From the NCBI GenBank assembly GCA_001774685.1, contig MFAS01000001.1, positions 897,252 to 961,251 on the forward strand: a DNA stretch of 64,000 nucleotides, in the 5' to 3' direction. Source of the stretch: Candidatus Collierbacteria bacterium RIFOXYD2_FULL_45_13 (GTDB lineage Bacteria > Patescibacteriota > Microgenomatia > UBA1400 > MFAQ01). Below the pieces are notes generated by a model. That model made no database searches. It saw nothing but the letters and a program-made list of their open reading frames with translations, and had not been told where the DNA came from. A program made the translations under genes and the position numbers. Positions 47,081 to 57,073 of this stretch are shown here, piece by piece; the first letter of the stretch is position 1, and each line of letters opens with the position of its first letter.

Positions 47081-48757
47081 CTAAAAGATCATCGCGATAA
47101 ACCAGATCGCGGTGACAAGCGGGTAAAGTACCATGAGGGCAAACGACATGGCGTCGTACCGGGAGTTTACCTTCCAGCGATTGGTGAAATCGTCTTGAGG
47201 TCCACTCGATCGGCCTTCGTGGTTAGAAGGCTCCTGCTTTCCCACAAACGCGGTTCCGTTGGCTGTTTCGGGGGGCATGATGGCCGTGGAGATAAAATCT
47301 CCACCCACATAGGCAATACCCAAACCGATCAGAGCACCAACAAAAACACGTCCGGTGAACAGCGCGGTGAAAAAGAATTGTTGGATCAGCGGCATCGAGG
47401 CAGACGCCGGAGGCACCAAACCCAGCAGGAAATAGATCAACCAGGTTATACCTCCAAGAATCAAAATCATGATGAGTGCCGTCAGCAGACCGCGGAGGCC
47501 TTGATGAGTTCTGCTCATCTCTTTCGCCTCCAAGAAGATTCCGGCCGCCATGAGGATTGCACCGAGGACAACCAGGTAGGTACTTGGGGTGAACCACCAA
47601 ATAATCACCACACCGGTGATAAACAAGCCGGCTACAGCCAAGGCGGTGTAATCGATACGTCCTGCCGTTGAGGCTTGCCAGTTTGACCACAGGTTTATCA
47701 CGATCCCCATCAAAACAAATGGCCAAGACTCCACCACGTAAGCGTTTCCCACAGCCGCGAGACCCGCGGTAATTACAGTCGCAATCAGCTTCCCGCCCAA
47801 CACACCGACAAACAAGGCTATCAGCCCGCGTTTCGCCGCTTTAACGTCCGTCACTTCTTCGGCCGCTAAACGATCCTGTTTCAATAGCGTCCAAAGCATA
47901 ACGATTGGAATGATCCACAACAGCCATCGCGTCGGAAAGCGCTTGAAGAGATAGTTCGGACTATTCGGGTCGTTAATCACAGGCTTGTCCAAGAAAGCGC
48001 CGCGCTCTTCGCTGCTTTTCGCATTCAGTGACAAGAACTCTTGCCAGCGGCTTTGTTCTGCAGAAGGCTGCTGGGTGGGTACGACACCAGGTTGAGTCGG
48101 AACGACCGATTGGGTGGGTTGGCCACTGGCTGGAGTGTTTCTGGGAATGTAATCACCACCACCTCCACCAGAGATCGAGAAGTAAGCAACTCCACCACCA
48201 ACCAAAAGGAGAATGACGATCGCGATGATCGCGATGGTCAGGCCCTTTTTCTTGGCTCCGGCAGGCTTTTCAGCTGCCACAGCCGCCTCAGAGGGGGTGC
48301 CTTTTTTGGGCCAAATCCCCTTAAGGAAGCCGCCCTTCGGCGTAGACTCCGGATCAGCCTTCTGGCGCCGACCGGTGCTCTTCTTAATCGCAGGTTGCTC
48401 AGCAGAAACGTTTTCTGCAGCTGGTGACGGGGCTCCGCGTTTCATACGCAGGGCTTCGGAACGAGTTAGTTTGCCCACGCCACCAGCCTTTGGAGCAGGA
48501 GGCACGGCAGGAATAGCCGATGCCGGTGGGGGCATCGGAATGGCAGCTCCCGGCTTTTGCACCGGGGTATCGTCCGATCCCTTCAAATACTCGAGCATTT
48601 CCTGACCAGTCCAGCTTCCCTTCAAGGCATCATCAATCACCTTGTCGGCATCGGCACGAACACTTAAAAGTCCATAGATATTCGACAGTGCCTGGCCTCT
48701 AATTTTGGCTTTCTCATTCACCCATTCACGAAATTTGGCGCTATCAGTGACTGCCAT
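47081..48757 (-). CDS. polytopic membrane protein with N-terminal cytoplasmic domain and a Pro/Ala-rich linker, hypothetical
   Basis: 558 aa; about 8 TM helices; minus-strand terminator ggggtgccgtaaggcacccc at 47049..47068. Confidence 0.6.
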   Translation of the reverse strand: MAVTDSAKFREWVNEKAKIRGQALSNIYGLLSVRADADKVIDDALKGSWTGQEMLEYLKGSDDTPVQKPGAAIPMPPPASAIPAVPPAPKAGGVGKLTRSEALRMKRGAPSPAAENVSAEQPAIKKSTGRRQKADPESTPKGGFLKGIWPKKGTPSEAAVAAEKPAGAKKKGLTIAIIAIVILLLVGGGVAYFSISGGGGGDYIPRNTPASGQPTQSVVPTQPGVVPTQQPSAEQSRWQEFLSLNAKSSEERGAFLDKPVINDPNSPNYLFKRFPTRWLLWIIPIVMLWTLLKQDRLAAEEVTDVKAAKRGLIALFVGVLGGKLIATVITAGLAAVGNAYVVESWPFVLMGIVINLWSNWQASTAGRIDYTALAVAGLFITGVVIIWWFTPSTYLVVLGAILMAAGIFLEAKEMSRTHQGLRGLLTALIMILILGGITWLIYFLLGLVPPASASMPLIQQFFFTALFTGRVFVGALIGLGIAYVGGDFISTAIMPPETANGTAFVGKQEPSNHEGRSSGPQDDFTNRWKVNSRYDAMSFALMVLYPLVTAIWFIAMIF

Positions 48758-48940
48758 TTTTCACCTCCAATAAATACAGATTTGTTAAAGTCCCATCTCC
48801 TCAAAGGATTTGAGTCGACATTGTCCTGAATTATACTACTTTTTCCACTCGTCAAGCCGATAATAAGCTGTACCAAGCATCACCTGCCCTCCATATAAGA
48901 TACTAAAGAGCCCCGCCGTTAGGCGGGGCACATAATAAAT

Positions 48941-49360
48941 TCATCGCAAAAGGAAGGTCATCAGCCCGTTTCGGGTCGTTACTTCTACAACATCCAAATC
49001 AGTTAAGGACTTGATGATGGTTAGAGGGTTATCAATCCGTTCGATACGTGCCCAGGCCAGGAAATCTTCACGGCACATTCCACAGAAAGACAATGCGATC
49101 AGGGTCTTGATTTGTTGTTCATTCAAGCGGAGCCTTTGATCAAGCAACTCCACCGTGAACTGTGGATATGCTTCAGCCTTGGCGACGATAAGGCCCATAT
49201 CCAGTAGTGTTCTCACATCTCCGGCACGATGGTTGATTTCCCACTGAGGCACGGACACCGGTCCCTGAAGCACCTGTCTCCACAAAGAAGCGGCGTGCTG
49301 GGGTACGCTGATCTTGGTCAATCTTCCTCCTGTAAGGGTGCAAGGTTGTCGAACCTCCAC
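48941..49360 (-). CDS. hypothetical protein (GTG start; start uncertain)
   Basis: ORF with a minus-strand terminator gccccgccgttaggcggggc downstream. Confidence 0.35.
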   Translation of the reverse strand: MEVRQPCTLTGGRLTKISVPQHAASLWRQVLQGPVSVPQWEINHRAGDVRTLLDMGLIVAKAEAYPQFTVELLDQRLRLNEQQIKTLIALSFCGMCREDFLAWARIERIDNPLTIIKSLTDLDVVEVTTRNGLMTFLLR

Positions 49361-49394
49361 ATTTTACCATCCCCCGCTACCTCCGGGTGCTCTC

Positions 49395-49423
49395 TTGCAT
49401 TTTCTACCCCATCACTCTATAAT
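49395..49423 (+). promoter_or_regulatory. sigma70-like promoter TTGCAT-17-TATAAT for rplJ-rplL, followed by an approximately 100-nt leader
   Basis: Near-consensus boxes. The L10 operon typically carries an autoregulatory leader. Confidence 0.5.
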
Positions 49424-49521
49424 CCCCTTTAGTTCCAAGACCAGAGGCAATCATTAAGCCCTCTGCAGAACCTTCATAAGGCTCTCTTGAAATGGAGCTA
49501 TTTTTGTACCAAAAAAACAAC

Positions 49522-50046
49522 ATGCCAAACCAAAGAAAAGTCCACCAGCTCGCCGAAATCGTTAAAAGCCTAAACGACTCTAAAGCCATTATCCTTACCG
49601 AATACGCCGGCCTGACCGTCAAAGAACAAAATATGCTCCGCACCGAGGCTGACAAAATCGGAGGAAAGTTTCTGGTCACCAAGAATAACCTTATGCGTCT
49701 GGCTCTCGAAGAAAAATCAAAAGAGTTGGCAAAAGATCTAGGTTCCTTCCTCGAAGGACCTACTGCCGTTCTTTTTAGTCCCGACGCAGTTTCCGCCGCC
49801 AAAATTGTTTCGAAGTTCACCGATGATCACGAAAAGCTTAAGATAAAAACCGGTGTCATGGACGATAAGATAATCACTTTCGCCGAAATCACGGCGTTGT
49901 CCAAGCTCCCAAGCCGCGAACAGCTTCTGGCGTCCCTCTTGGCCCAGCTCCAAGCCCCCGCTCAGGCCTTGGTCCGACAGCTCCAAGCCCCTATGCAAAG
50001 CTTCGTCTACGGCTTGGAAGCCCTCCGTGCCAAACTCTCTGCTTAA
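49522..50046 (+). CDS. rplJ: 50S ribosomal protein L10
   Basis: MPNQRKVHQLAEIVKSLNDSKAIILTEYAGLTVKEQNMLR... Confidence 0.9.
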   Translation: MPNQRKVHQLAEIVKSLNDSKAIILTEYAGLTVKEQNMLRTEADKIGGKFLVTKNNLMRLALEEKSKELAKDLGSFLEGPTAVLFSPDAVSAAKIVSKFTDDHEKLKIKTGVMDDKIITFAEITALSKLPSREQLLASLLAQLQAPAQALVRQLQAPMQSFVYGLEALRAKLSA

Positions 50047-50081
50047 TCAGTCTCGCAAATTATTAAATTAAATAAACAAAC

Positions 50082-50459
50082 ATGTCCGAGAAAGTCACAA
50101 AACTCGTTGATCAAGTAAGCGAACTCTCCGTTTTGGAAGTTGCTGAGCTTGTCAAAGCTTTAGAGGAAAAGTTTGGTGTCTCTGCCGCTCCAGTCGCCGT
50201 CGCCGGTGGCGTAGCCGCAGCCGCCGCTGCTCCTGCTGAGGAAAAGACCGAATTTGACGTCGTCGTCACTGACGCAGGCGCCAATAAGATCGCCGTTATC
50301 AAAGCTGTCCGCGAGATCAAAACCGATCTAGGTTTGGTCGAAGCCAAAAACTTGGTTGAGAAAGCCCCCGCTACCATCATGGAGGGAGCCAAGAAAGAAG
50401 ACGCCGAAGCCGCTAAGAAGAAACTCGAAGAGGCAGGTGCCAAGGTCGAACTCAAATAA
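50082..50459 (+). CDS. rplL: 50S ribosomal protein L7/L12
   Basis: Ala-rich hinge and the C-terminal [20 protein letters not shown]...[10 protein letters not shown]. Confidence 0.93.
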   Translation: MSEKVTKLVDQVSELSVLEVAELVKALEEKFGVSAAPVAVAGGVAAAAAAPAEEKTEFDVVVTDAGANKIAVIKAVREIKTDLGLVEAKNLVEKAPATIMEGAKKEDAEAAKKKLEEAGAKVELK

Positions 50460-50480
50460 TTTATTTATTGAGTAACAGAA

Positions 50481-50505
50481 AAACCCGCCGTAAGGCGGGT
50501 TTTTA
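50481..50505 (+). terminator. rho-independent terminator after rplL
   Basis: aaacccgccgtaaggcgggttt followed by a T-run. A second hairpin at 50539..50556 serves the convergent gene. Confidence 0.65.
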
Positions 50506-50566
50506 ATTGTAATTTAATACGCCCGTAACCATAAAATTCCCCGCCGTAAGGCGGGGGCAATTCACT

Positions 50567-50953
50567 TTATTCCACAACATAAATCTTCTTCTGTCCGTGG
50601 GCTCCACGGTTTCTCCCGTGAGCTCCAACTTTTTCGGAGTTATAAATTACTTCAATCACGGCCTCACCGGTAAAAATCATTTTCAAATTTCCATTGGCAT
50701 CCGGCTCTACCAAAATCGCAGGGGCCTGGCCAACATAGCGGATATTCGTCTTACCGATTCTAGATACCGGCAGTGAACCTTGTACCCCTCGTTTAACGTG
50801 CACAACCTCTAATGGGACTTTGCAAAAAGATGAGGCAATACCGATAAAAGCTTCCATCTCACCGGCCAAACCCGTCTTGGTCGAAAGTGAAAGTTCTCCA
50901 GAGGAGAGTTTGGCTCGTTCCAAGCTATAGCGATCATCTAATTGTTTAATCAC
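50567..50953 (-). CDS. hypothetical protein
   Basis: 128-aa ORF convergent with rplL. Confidence 0.45.
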   Translation of the reverse strand: MIKQLDDRYSLERAKLSSGELSLSTKTGLAGEMEAFIGIASSFCKVPLEVVHVKRGVQGSLPVSRIGKTNIRYVGQAPAILVEPDANGNLKMIFTGEAVIEVIYNSEKVGAHGRNRGAHGQKKIYVVE

Positions 50954-51067
50954 TCAAGGCCTCCAAAATGATTTAATGTACTTCGGTAGTGCTGGCTGAA
51001 ATTCTACCACAATTAGACCGATTATCCATATTGACTAACTATATTCTTTCTGATAACTTGTATATCA

Positions 51068-51316
51068 ATGGACAACAACCAAGACACAACCCAAACTCTA
51101 AAAACCAAAAAGGCTTTAGATTTGAATAACCTTCCCGACCTTTTAACCGTGTCTGAAGTTGCCCAACTCCTACGCGTCTCCACCCTCACCATCAAACGCT
51201 GGGGAAAAAGAGGTAAGCTCCCGGCCATCAGAATCAATTCGCGAGGTGACCGACGCTACAAAAAAGAGTCGGTCCTTTGGATGCTTGGTATCAACCCCGG
51301 CAGTTCGAACTCTTAA
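51068..51316 (+). CDS. excisionase/MerR-type helix-turn-helix DNA-binding protein
   Basis: LLTVSEVAQLLRVSTLTIKRWGKRGKLPAIRI is HTH_17-like, the same family as the N-terminus of the 17824..19788 protein. Confidence 0.55.
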   Translation: MDNNQDTTQTLKTKKALDLNNLPDLLTVSEVAQLLRVSTLTIKRWGKRGKLPAIRINSRGDRRYKKESVLWMLGINPGSSNS

Positions 51317-52131
51317 GCTTTCCACTTCAGGCTTTCTCTGAACACCAACCATGGAAACACAATCACCGCCCGCATGATCCGTCCCAGCCTCTTAGGTTCG
51401 ACCATCACCCTCCAAAGCCACTTGAGTCCCATTCGTTCCATCCAAACAGGAGACTTCTTAAAATCTCCCAAATATTCATTGAAGGTACCGCCCACTCCCA
51501 TTGCCATTCCAACACTCAGTCGAGGTAAGCGGGAAGCAATCCATTTTTCCTGTTTCACCGGATTGTACTGAACAAACAGAATGTCTGGTTTCCAACTATT
51601 AATCTTTTTTACCACCCGGTCATCCGTAGTCCTGTCGGTGCCAACGCGATTTTCTCCAGCGTCATACATCACTCTCAGTTTTGGAAACCGTTTTAGAAGC
51701 ATTGTGGCAGTTCGTGAGCTCACATCTCCCCATCCACCGAGCAGAAATATCTTCCAACCGCGCTTTTCGGCCAAAGCGTTTAGTTCTTCAAACAGCTTAA
51801 CTCCTGTCACCGTCTCTCCGATTGTGCCGGCCAAAATATCCCTTCCGACTTTTACCCCTTCGATTACCTTGCCAAAAACGTTCTTTCCTTTTGCCTTCTT
51901 CAGATACTTCACTGCCGCCAGTACCGAAACCCCGTCAGGTGTTACCAGGTCGGCTTTTTTGATCACGTCCGCAAAAAAATTGTCGTTTTGGGCTGCAACA
52001 AAGAATTCGCTATAGGCAGTCACCACAAGTCTAGGTTTCTTGCGCGGCTGTTTCAGCCAACGGTTAATGGTGTCTATAGTCTCCTTCCGACTTAGCAAGT
52101 CTACCGGTATACCCAAAACTTCTGATCTCAT
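51313..52131 (-). CDS. WecB/TagA/CpsF-family glycosyltransferase
   Basis: VTPDGVSVLAAVKYL and KIFLLGGWGDVSSRTATMLLKRFPKL motifs. Confidence 0.7.
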   Translation of the reverse strand: MRSEVLGIPVDLLSRKETIDTINRWLKQPRKKPRLVVTAYSEFFVAAQNDNFFADVIKKADLVTPDGVSVLAAVKYLKKAKGKNVFGKVIEGVKVGRDILAGTIGETVTGVKLFEELNALAEKRGWKIFLLGGWGDVSSRTATMLLKRFPKLRVMYDAGENRVGTDRTTDDRVVKKINSWKPDILFVQYNPVKQEKWIASRLPRLSVGMAMGVGGTFNEYLGDFKKSPVWMERMGLKWLWRVMVEPKRLGRIMRAVIVFPWLVFRESLKWKA

Positions 52132-52139
52132 GATACTAT

Positions 52140-53730
52140 TTTATCAGTAGGATATCTTGAAGAGCCACCATCTAACTCAATCCCCAGTTCAGGCACGAAT
52201 CTATCACCCGGTCGATTACTCTGCTAAACACCAATTTTCTGTCTTTATCTCAATATATCGATCCTTTTTATATGTTCATTGCCAAGCAAACTATCAAAAA
52301 GAGATTGTTTGACCCTACAGTAAAAGGTCCGAACCTCAAAAATAGTCAAAATTTTCAAAAGAAAACACTTTATATGGGTTTATACAGAACGTCTTATATT
52401 TATTTGTCAAAAAATACGGTTCAAAATTCTTATACGGTCACGGAGACGAAGACGAGGCGGCGTTGCATTTATATGTATTTGAACAATATTTATATACATT
52501 ATTAATAGCTAATTTATAAAATATATTATAATATACTTCATGTTTTCTATAACCTGTAGCAATCTCTCTTACACCCCCTCAAATCAACTCATTAAAGACA
52601 TACTTTTGGGCATATAAAGGAGGTTATTTACCCCATATAGTGGATACAATTGATATAGTATGATCGAAGGCGAAAAGTATTGTGCTACAAGTTTTAAAAA
52701 AACGAAATCTCAATATTAAATCTATCAAACCATATCATAGTTAAGAAATCGTGCTTAATAGTCTCAATGGCGTTAATAAACGACATCTCCCCTTCCCTCT
52801 CTATCCGGAATCATAAACATTACACTCAAGAATCATTTGCTTGTAAAGTCAGCGACTAAAACCGACAAAAAAATAAAATATAAAAATTATCCTATTATGT
52901 ATGCAAACAAATGGACCACTACTCAAGGATATTGATAAAAACTTCCTAGAAAATCGATTTGGGCCGCTAAAACTCACTACAGGACAATAAAATTCAAAAC
53001 AAGGATCACAATAATATATCAAAAACAAGATTGAAAGACAATTTCTAATAAGTAATTTATCATACATAATATAAGTTAATTACGCCCAATAAACATTATA
53101 ATTACGAAACTATACACACTATTACTTAGGTTATAGATGTAAAAATTCAAAAATATCACCAATATATATAAGCCATCAAAAATATTAAGAACTAGTCTAT
53201 GGGGTATCAAAAAAAATTTGCTAAAAAACATTAGACTGGGTGAATATCCACACGATACCCTGTACACCGAAATACTAGTATGATAACTTTACTTGGCATA
53301 CCATACCGCCATGAGGTATGTAAAAGAATAATAAGAGCCGTTGATGATATACCATAACGGGTATGTAGACATTCGTGAAAACAATCAATCGCTAGAACTC
53401 CTACAGACAAATGCCTTACAACTAAAACAGCAATCTCGCGAGGGTGCAGAGTCGACAGGTAGATTATTTCTACCAATAATCTTATCGACCGTCATTTTGG
53501 AACACCGGACTATTTCCAAAATGAAACAAATATCACCCAAAATAATTAGAAAAATTTCCTCAATTATCTCGGTAAATATAGTCTAATCTATTTGTAGAAT
53601 AATCAACAGATTCATAAACTTATAAAAGATATCAGTAAATATACATTTTGAGCCAGTTTATCTAATTATCACTCTCCTCAATCAACTGATTGAGTACTAT
53701 TTTTTGCTTGATGCAAAGGACCCTTATACT
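52140..53730. other. 1.6 kb AT-rich (about 30% GC) tract without a credible ORF
   Basis: Only short ORFs dominated by F, I, Y and N codons. Flanked by two minus-strand genes. Confidence 0.4.
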
Positions 53731-54738
53731 TTACTTCTTGATACTCCTAGCATAGACATCAAGATTCTCAATTGCTATCCCAATACCTTTTATTACACAC
53801 CTTAGTGGATCCTCTGCGACGAAGGCCGGAACACCGGTTTCCTGAGTGATCAATCTGTCAAAACTTTTTAATTGTGCCGTACCTCCAGTCATCACGATTC
53901 CTTTGTCAATGATATCTGACGATAACTCCGGAGGAACTTCTTCCATTACCGTCTTAAGCATTTGGATGATTTTTCCCAGAGGCTCTCTCATGGCTTCAAA
54001 GACCTCCACTGAGGACAAATGAATTTGTTTTGGCAGACCGGTGATGCTATCCCGACCGGTTACCTCCATTGCCTCTTCTTTAGAAGATGGCATAGCCGAA
54101 CCAATCTTTATCTTTATCGATTCGGCCGTAGTTTCTCCTATTACCAAATTGTGTTTTCTCCTCACATACTTAGAAATCGCCTCATCGATTCGGTTCCCTG
54201 CCACCCTAACGCTTTTAAATGTCACCACCCCTCCTAGGGATATTACAGCGGCTTCCGAAGCTCCGCCACCCATGTCCAAAACCATATTTCCAGATGGTTC
54301 GGAAATGGGTACACCGGCGCCAATGGCTGCTGCCAAAGGCTCTTCAATCAAATATGCGTTTCGCGCGCCAGCTTCCATCGCGGCGCCCAAGACTGCCCGC
54401 CGCTCCACTTGTGTTACTCCGGCTGGGACACATATCATGACCTCCGGCTTCATCAATCCATACGCCCCTACTTTACGGAGAAAATACTTCAGCATGGCTT
54501 CAGTCACCGCGTAATCGGCAATCACCCCGTCACGCATTGGTTTACTGGCCTTGATATTTCCCGGAGTTCGGCCCAACATCTTCTGAGCTTCGTGACCCAC
54601 CGCCAAGACTTTTCCGTCATTGAGTGAAACCGCTACCACTGTCGGCTCCTCAAGCACCACTCCTTCACCCACGACATAAACCAAGCTATTTGCCGTCCCC
54701 AAATCAATTGCAATTTTTTTATAAAATGAAAATGACAT
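53731..54738 (-). CDS. mreB: rod-shape-determining actin homolog MreB
   Basis: MSFSFYKKIAIDLGTANSLVYV...; true start with SD GAAGGAG (the 69-codon upstream extension in the ORF track is rejected). Confidence 0.85.
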   Translation of the reverse strand: MSFSFYKKIAIDLGTANSLVYVVGEGVVLEEPTVVAVSLNDGKVLAVGHEAQKMLGRTPGNIKASKPMRDGVIADYAVTEAMLKYFLRKVGAYGLMKPEVMICVPAGVTQVERRAVLGAAMEAGARNAYLIEEPLAAAIGAGVPISEPSGNMVLDMGGGASEAAVISLGGVVTFKSVRVAGNRIDEAISKYVRRKHNLVIGETTAESIKIKIGSAMPSSKEEAMEVTGRDSITGLPKQIHLSSVEVFEAMREPLGKIIQMLKTVMEEVPPELSSDIIDKGIVMTGGTAQLKSFDRLITQETGVPAFVAEDPLRCVIKGIGIAIENLDVYARSIKK

Positions 54739-54862
54739 CTTTGTGTCCAATTCTATCAGTAATTTTAACCAAACATAATCTATCAAACTATAACATGCAG
54801 TATCATGAGGACGCTCCGGCGCACGAGACCCATTTGTAATCGAGAATTGGTATAATATACCT

Positions 54863-56206
54863 GTGAACCGAACTCCTTCCAGAAATCCGAAAGGACGCCG
54901 CTTAACCGTTAATCTCTTCATCGTCCTCTTCCTCATCGTAGGCACGTTTGTGGCTATTCAGTTTGCCAAAGGCTACCGCCCAAATCTACAGAATCGCTCC
55001 TTGAGTGGCACCGGTCTACTAAGTGTCACCTCATACCCAAAGTCAGCCAGAGTCATCATCAACGACAAGCTGACTACAGTCACAGACGACAAACTCTATC
55101 TCCTACCCGGCAGCTACACCGTCAAGATCGAAAAAGATGGTTTTCATCCATGGGTCAAGACGCTACCCATAAAAAACGAACTGGTGACCTCCAGTGACGC
55201 CCGTCTCTTCCCTATTATCACCGCCACCTCTCCTCTCACTTTTTACCAAGTCAAAAACGCCGCCCTAAACACAGACGGAACCAAAATAGCCTACGTTCTC
55301 AAAGACTCACCTCAAGAAATTACCAATGGTCTCTACATACATTCACTCTCCGGCAATTTACTCGGCTCCTCCAACGTTCAAATTAGCGAAAACTCTCCCA
55401 AAGATTTTTCCCAAGCTCTACTCATCTGGTCGCCAGACAGTTCTCAGATATTGGCCATCTTCATCGACAAGATTCCTGCCACAAAAAATACCAGACAAAC
55501 CGAGCGCGTCTCCGCAGCCTATTTACTTTCCACCAAAGGTATAAACTCAAGAACCATGTCCGATGTTACTCTCAGACTTCCGTTGATTATTAGTGAATGG
55601 CAAGATCAATTTGCCAAGTTGAATCTGCCTACCCTAAACCTCTTCCCCAAGTATATGGTCGAGATCTTGACCAAAAAAGCAGGCAATGTGTACTTCTCTC
55701 CCGACAAAGAAAAAGTCTTCTATACCGCACTATTAGACGTCTCACTCCCAGAAAATGAGATTGCCAAAGCTCTACCAAATGTCAACTCTACCCTAGAATC
55801 AAGAAACCTCACCAAAGATCAAACTTACCTTTTTGATCTCAAAGAAGGCACCAATTACCTTTTACCTTTCGCCACCAAATCGTCTGAACTTACCAAAGAT
55901 CTAATCGTTTCCGTTTCAGCAACCCCATCTGCCAGTCTCTCTCTTATCCGCCAGCTAAAGGCTCAAACCGAAAGCCGGTTAACCACCAACCTAACCTGGT
56001 ACTCCAATAGCCGACAAATCATCGTAACCAACCCAGATGGGGTCAATATGGTCGACTATGACGGAATAAATATGGTCAACGTCACCTACGTGCAACCCCT
56101 AGATGGCTTTGTAGCTACCTCCCCAGACGGAGGCAAACTCGTTCTTCTCACAAACATAAATCAAAAACCAGATATTTTTAATCTCATTACTTTCGACCTG
56201 AAGTAA
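54863..56206 (+). CDS. PEGA-domain membrane-anchored protein with C-terminal beta-rich domain
   Basis: N-terminal TM; SARVIINDKLTTVTDDKLYLLPGSYTVKIEKDGFHPW resembles the PEGA fold. Confidence 0.5.
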   Translation: MNRTPSRNPKGRRLTVNLFIVLFLIVGTFVAIQFAKGYRPNLQNRSLSGTGLLSVTSYPKSARVIINDKLTTVTDDKLYLLPGSYTVKIEKDGFHPWVKTLPIKNELVTSSDARLFPIITATSPLTFYQVKNAALNTDGTKIAYVLKDSPQEITNGLYIHSLSGNLLGSSNVQISENSPKDFSQALLIWSPDSSQILAIFIDKIPATKNTRQTERVSAAYLLSTKGINSRTMSDVTLRLPLIISEWQDQFAKLNLPTLNLFPKYMVEILTKKAGNVYFSPDKEKVFYTALLDVSLPENEIAKALPNVNSTLESRNLTKDQTYLFDLKEGTNYLLPFATKSSELTKDLIVSVSATPSASLSLIRQLKAQTESRLTTNLTWYSNSRQIIVTNPDGVNMVDYDGINMVNVTYVQPLDGFVATSPDGGKLVLLTNINQKPDIFNLITFDLK

Positions 56207-56858
56207 CTACTTCGCGAACTGTCTTCCACGCCTTAGTTGCCGTTTCAAAATCATCAAAGTAAAAAATATCCAGATGTCCTCTTCCCGATTTATCAGCCGG
56301 ATCATGTTGATGATCGATTGTTCTTCTTACCAGTCGATCTCCATCATAATAGCTGGTAGTAATATACTCCTGATCGCTAAATACCTTTCTAATCACTTCA
56401 TTAGTAAGAGTTTTGGCCTCATTATCTGTTAATATTCTCATTATCCCTGACTCGGCAATCGCTTTTGTCAGGTCGTTCAGTTTGATTTTCTCTCTATACG
56501 TCGGCAACATCATCCGTATCTCGTAACGAGCTTCGGCTAAAATAAAATCGAATTCCCACTCATCGTCCACTTTGCCCATCGCTTCGTTACCAAGACAAAC
56601 TTCATCAATGTAAACTGATCGCGCTTCCGTTAGTTTCAACTTTGCGATTTCCGCCTCCAATTGCTTGGCTTTTGCTTCTACCAAATAAAAATCGTCACTA
56701 TCGTATCTAATTTCTCGTACCATTTCCGACAGCTCAGTTCCCTGAGCCACAAGCTCCAAGTCCTTAAGAAACGAGCCCAAAACTACCGCTTCTCCGGCAA
56801 TGGCGTCAATCCAGTTCCCCCTGCCCAGTTCATTCATCAAATCGTACTCTTTTCCCAT
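56187..56858 (-). CDS. hypothetical protein
   Basis: 223 aa. Confidence 0.5.
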   Translation of the reverse strand: MGKEYDLMNELGRGNWIDAIAGEAVVLGSFLKDLELVAQGTELSEMVREIRYDSDDFYLVEAKAKQLEAEIAKLKLTEARSVYIDEVCLGNEAMGKVDDEWEFDFILAEARYEIRMMLPTYREKIKLNDLTKAIAESGIMRILTDNEAKTLTNEVIRKVFSDQEYITTSYYDGDRLVRRTIDHQHDPADKSGRGHLDIFYFDDFETATKAWKTVREVVTSGRK

Positions 56859-56897
56859 GCCCGTATTTTACCCCCAACAATAGTAAAATAAAGCTAT

Positions 56898-56971
56898 GTC
56901 GATGTAGCTCAGACGGATAGAGCATCTCACTCCTAACGAGAAGGTCCCCAGTTCGACTCTGGGCATCGACA
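56898..56971 (+). tRNA. tRNA-Arg (anticodon CCU)
   Basis: Acceptor GTCGATG/CATCGAC; D arm GCTC-AGACGGAT-AGAGC; anticodon loop CTCCTAA; T arm CCCAG-TTCGACT-CTGGG (one A-C mismatch at 31-39). Confidence 0.75.
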
Positions 56972-57073
56972 CAACCTACCGACCACATTGACCTATAGCT
57001 TGACTTTTTACCCAAGCCAAGCTACAATTTCCCCAGACTGATCTGATCTTTGATATTTGAGAAGGAGACAAAA

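Noticed and set aside
54739-54945. 69-codon N-terminal extension of mreB in the ORF track
   Set aside because: MreB homologs start at MSFSFYKKIAIDLGT. A GAAGGAG SD precedes that ATG, and the extension has no counterpart.
56830-57015. 61-aa minus-strand ORF
   Set aside because: It overlaps tRNA-Arg(CCU).
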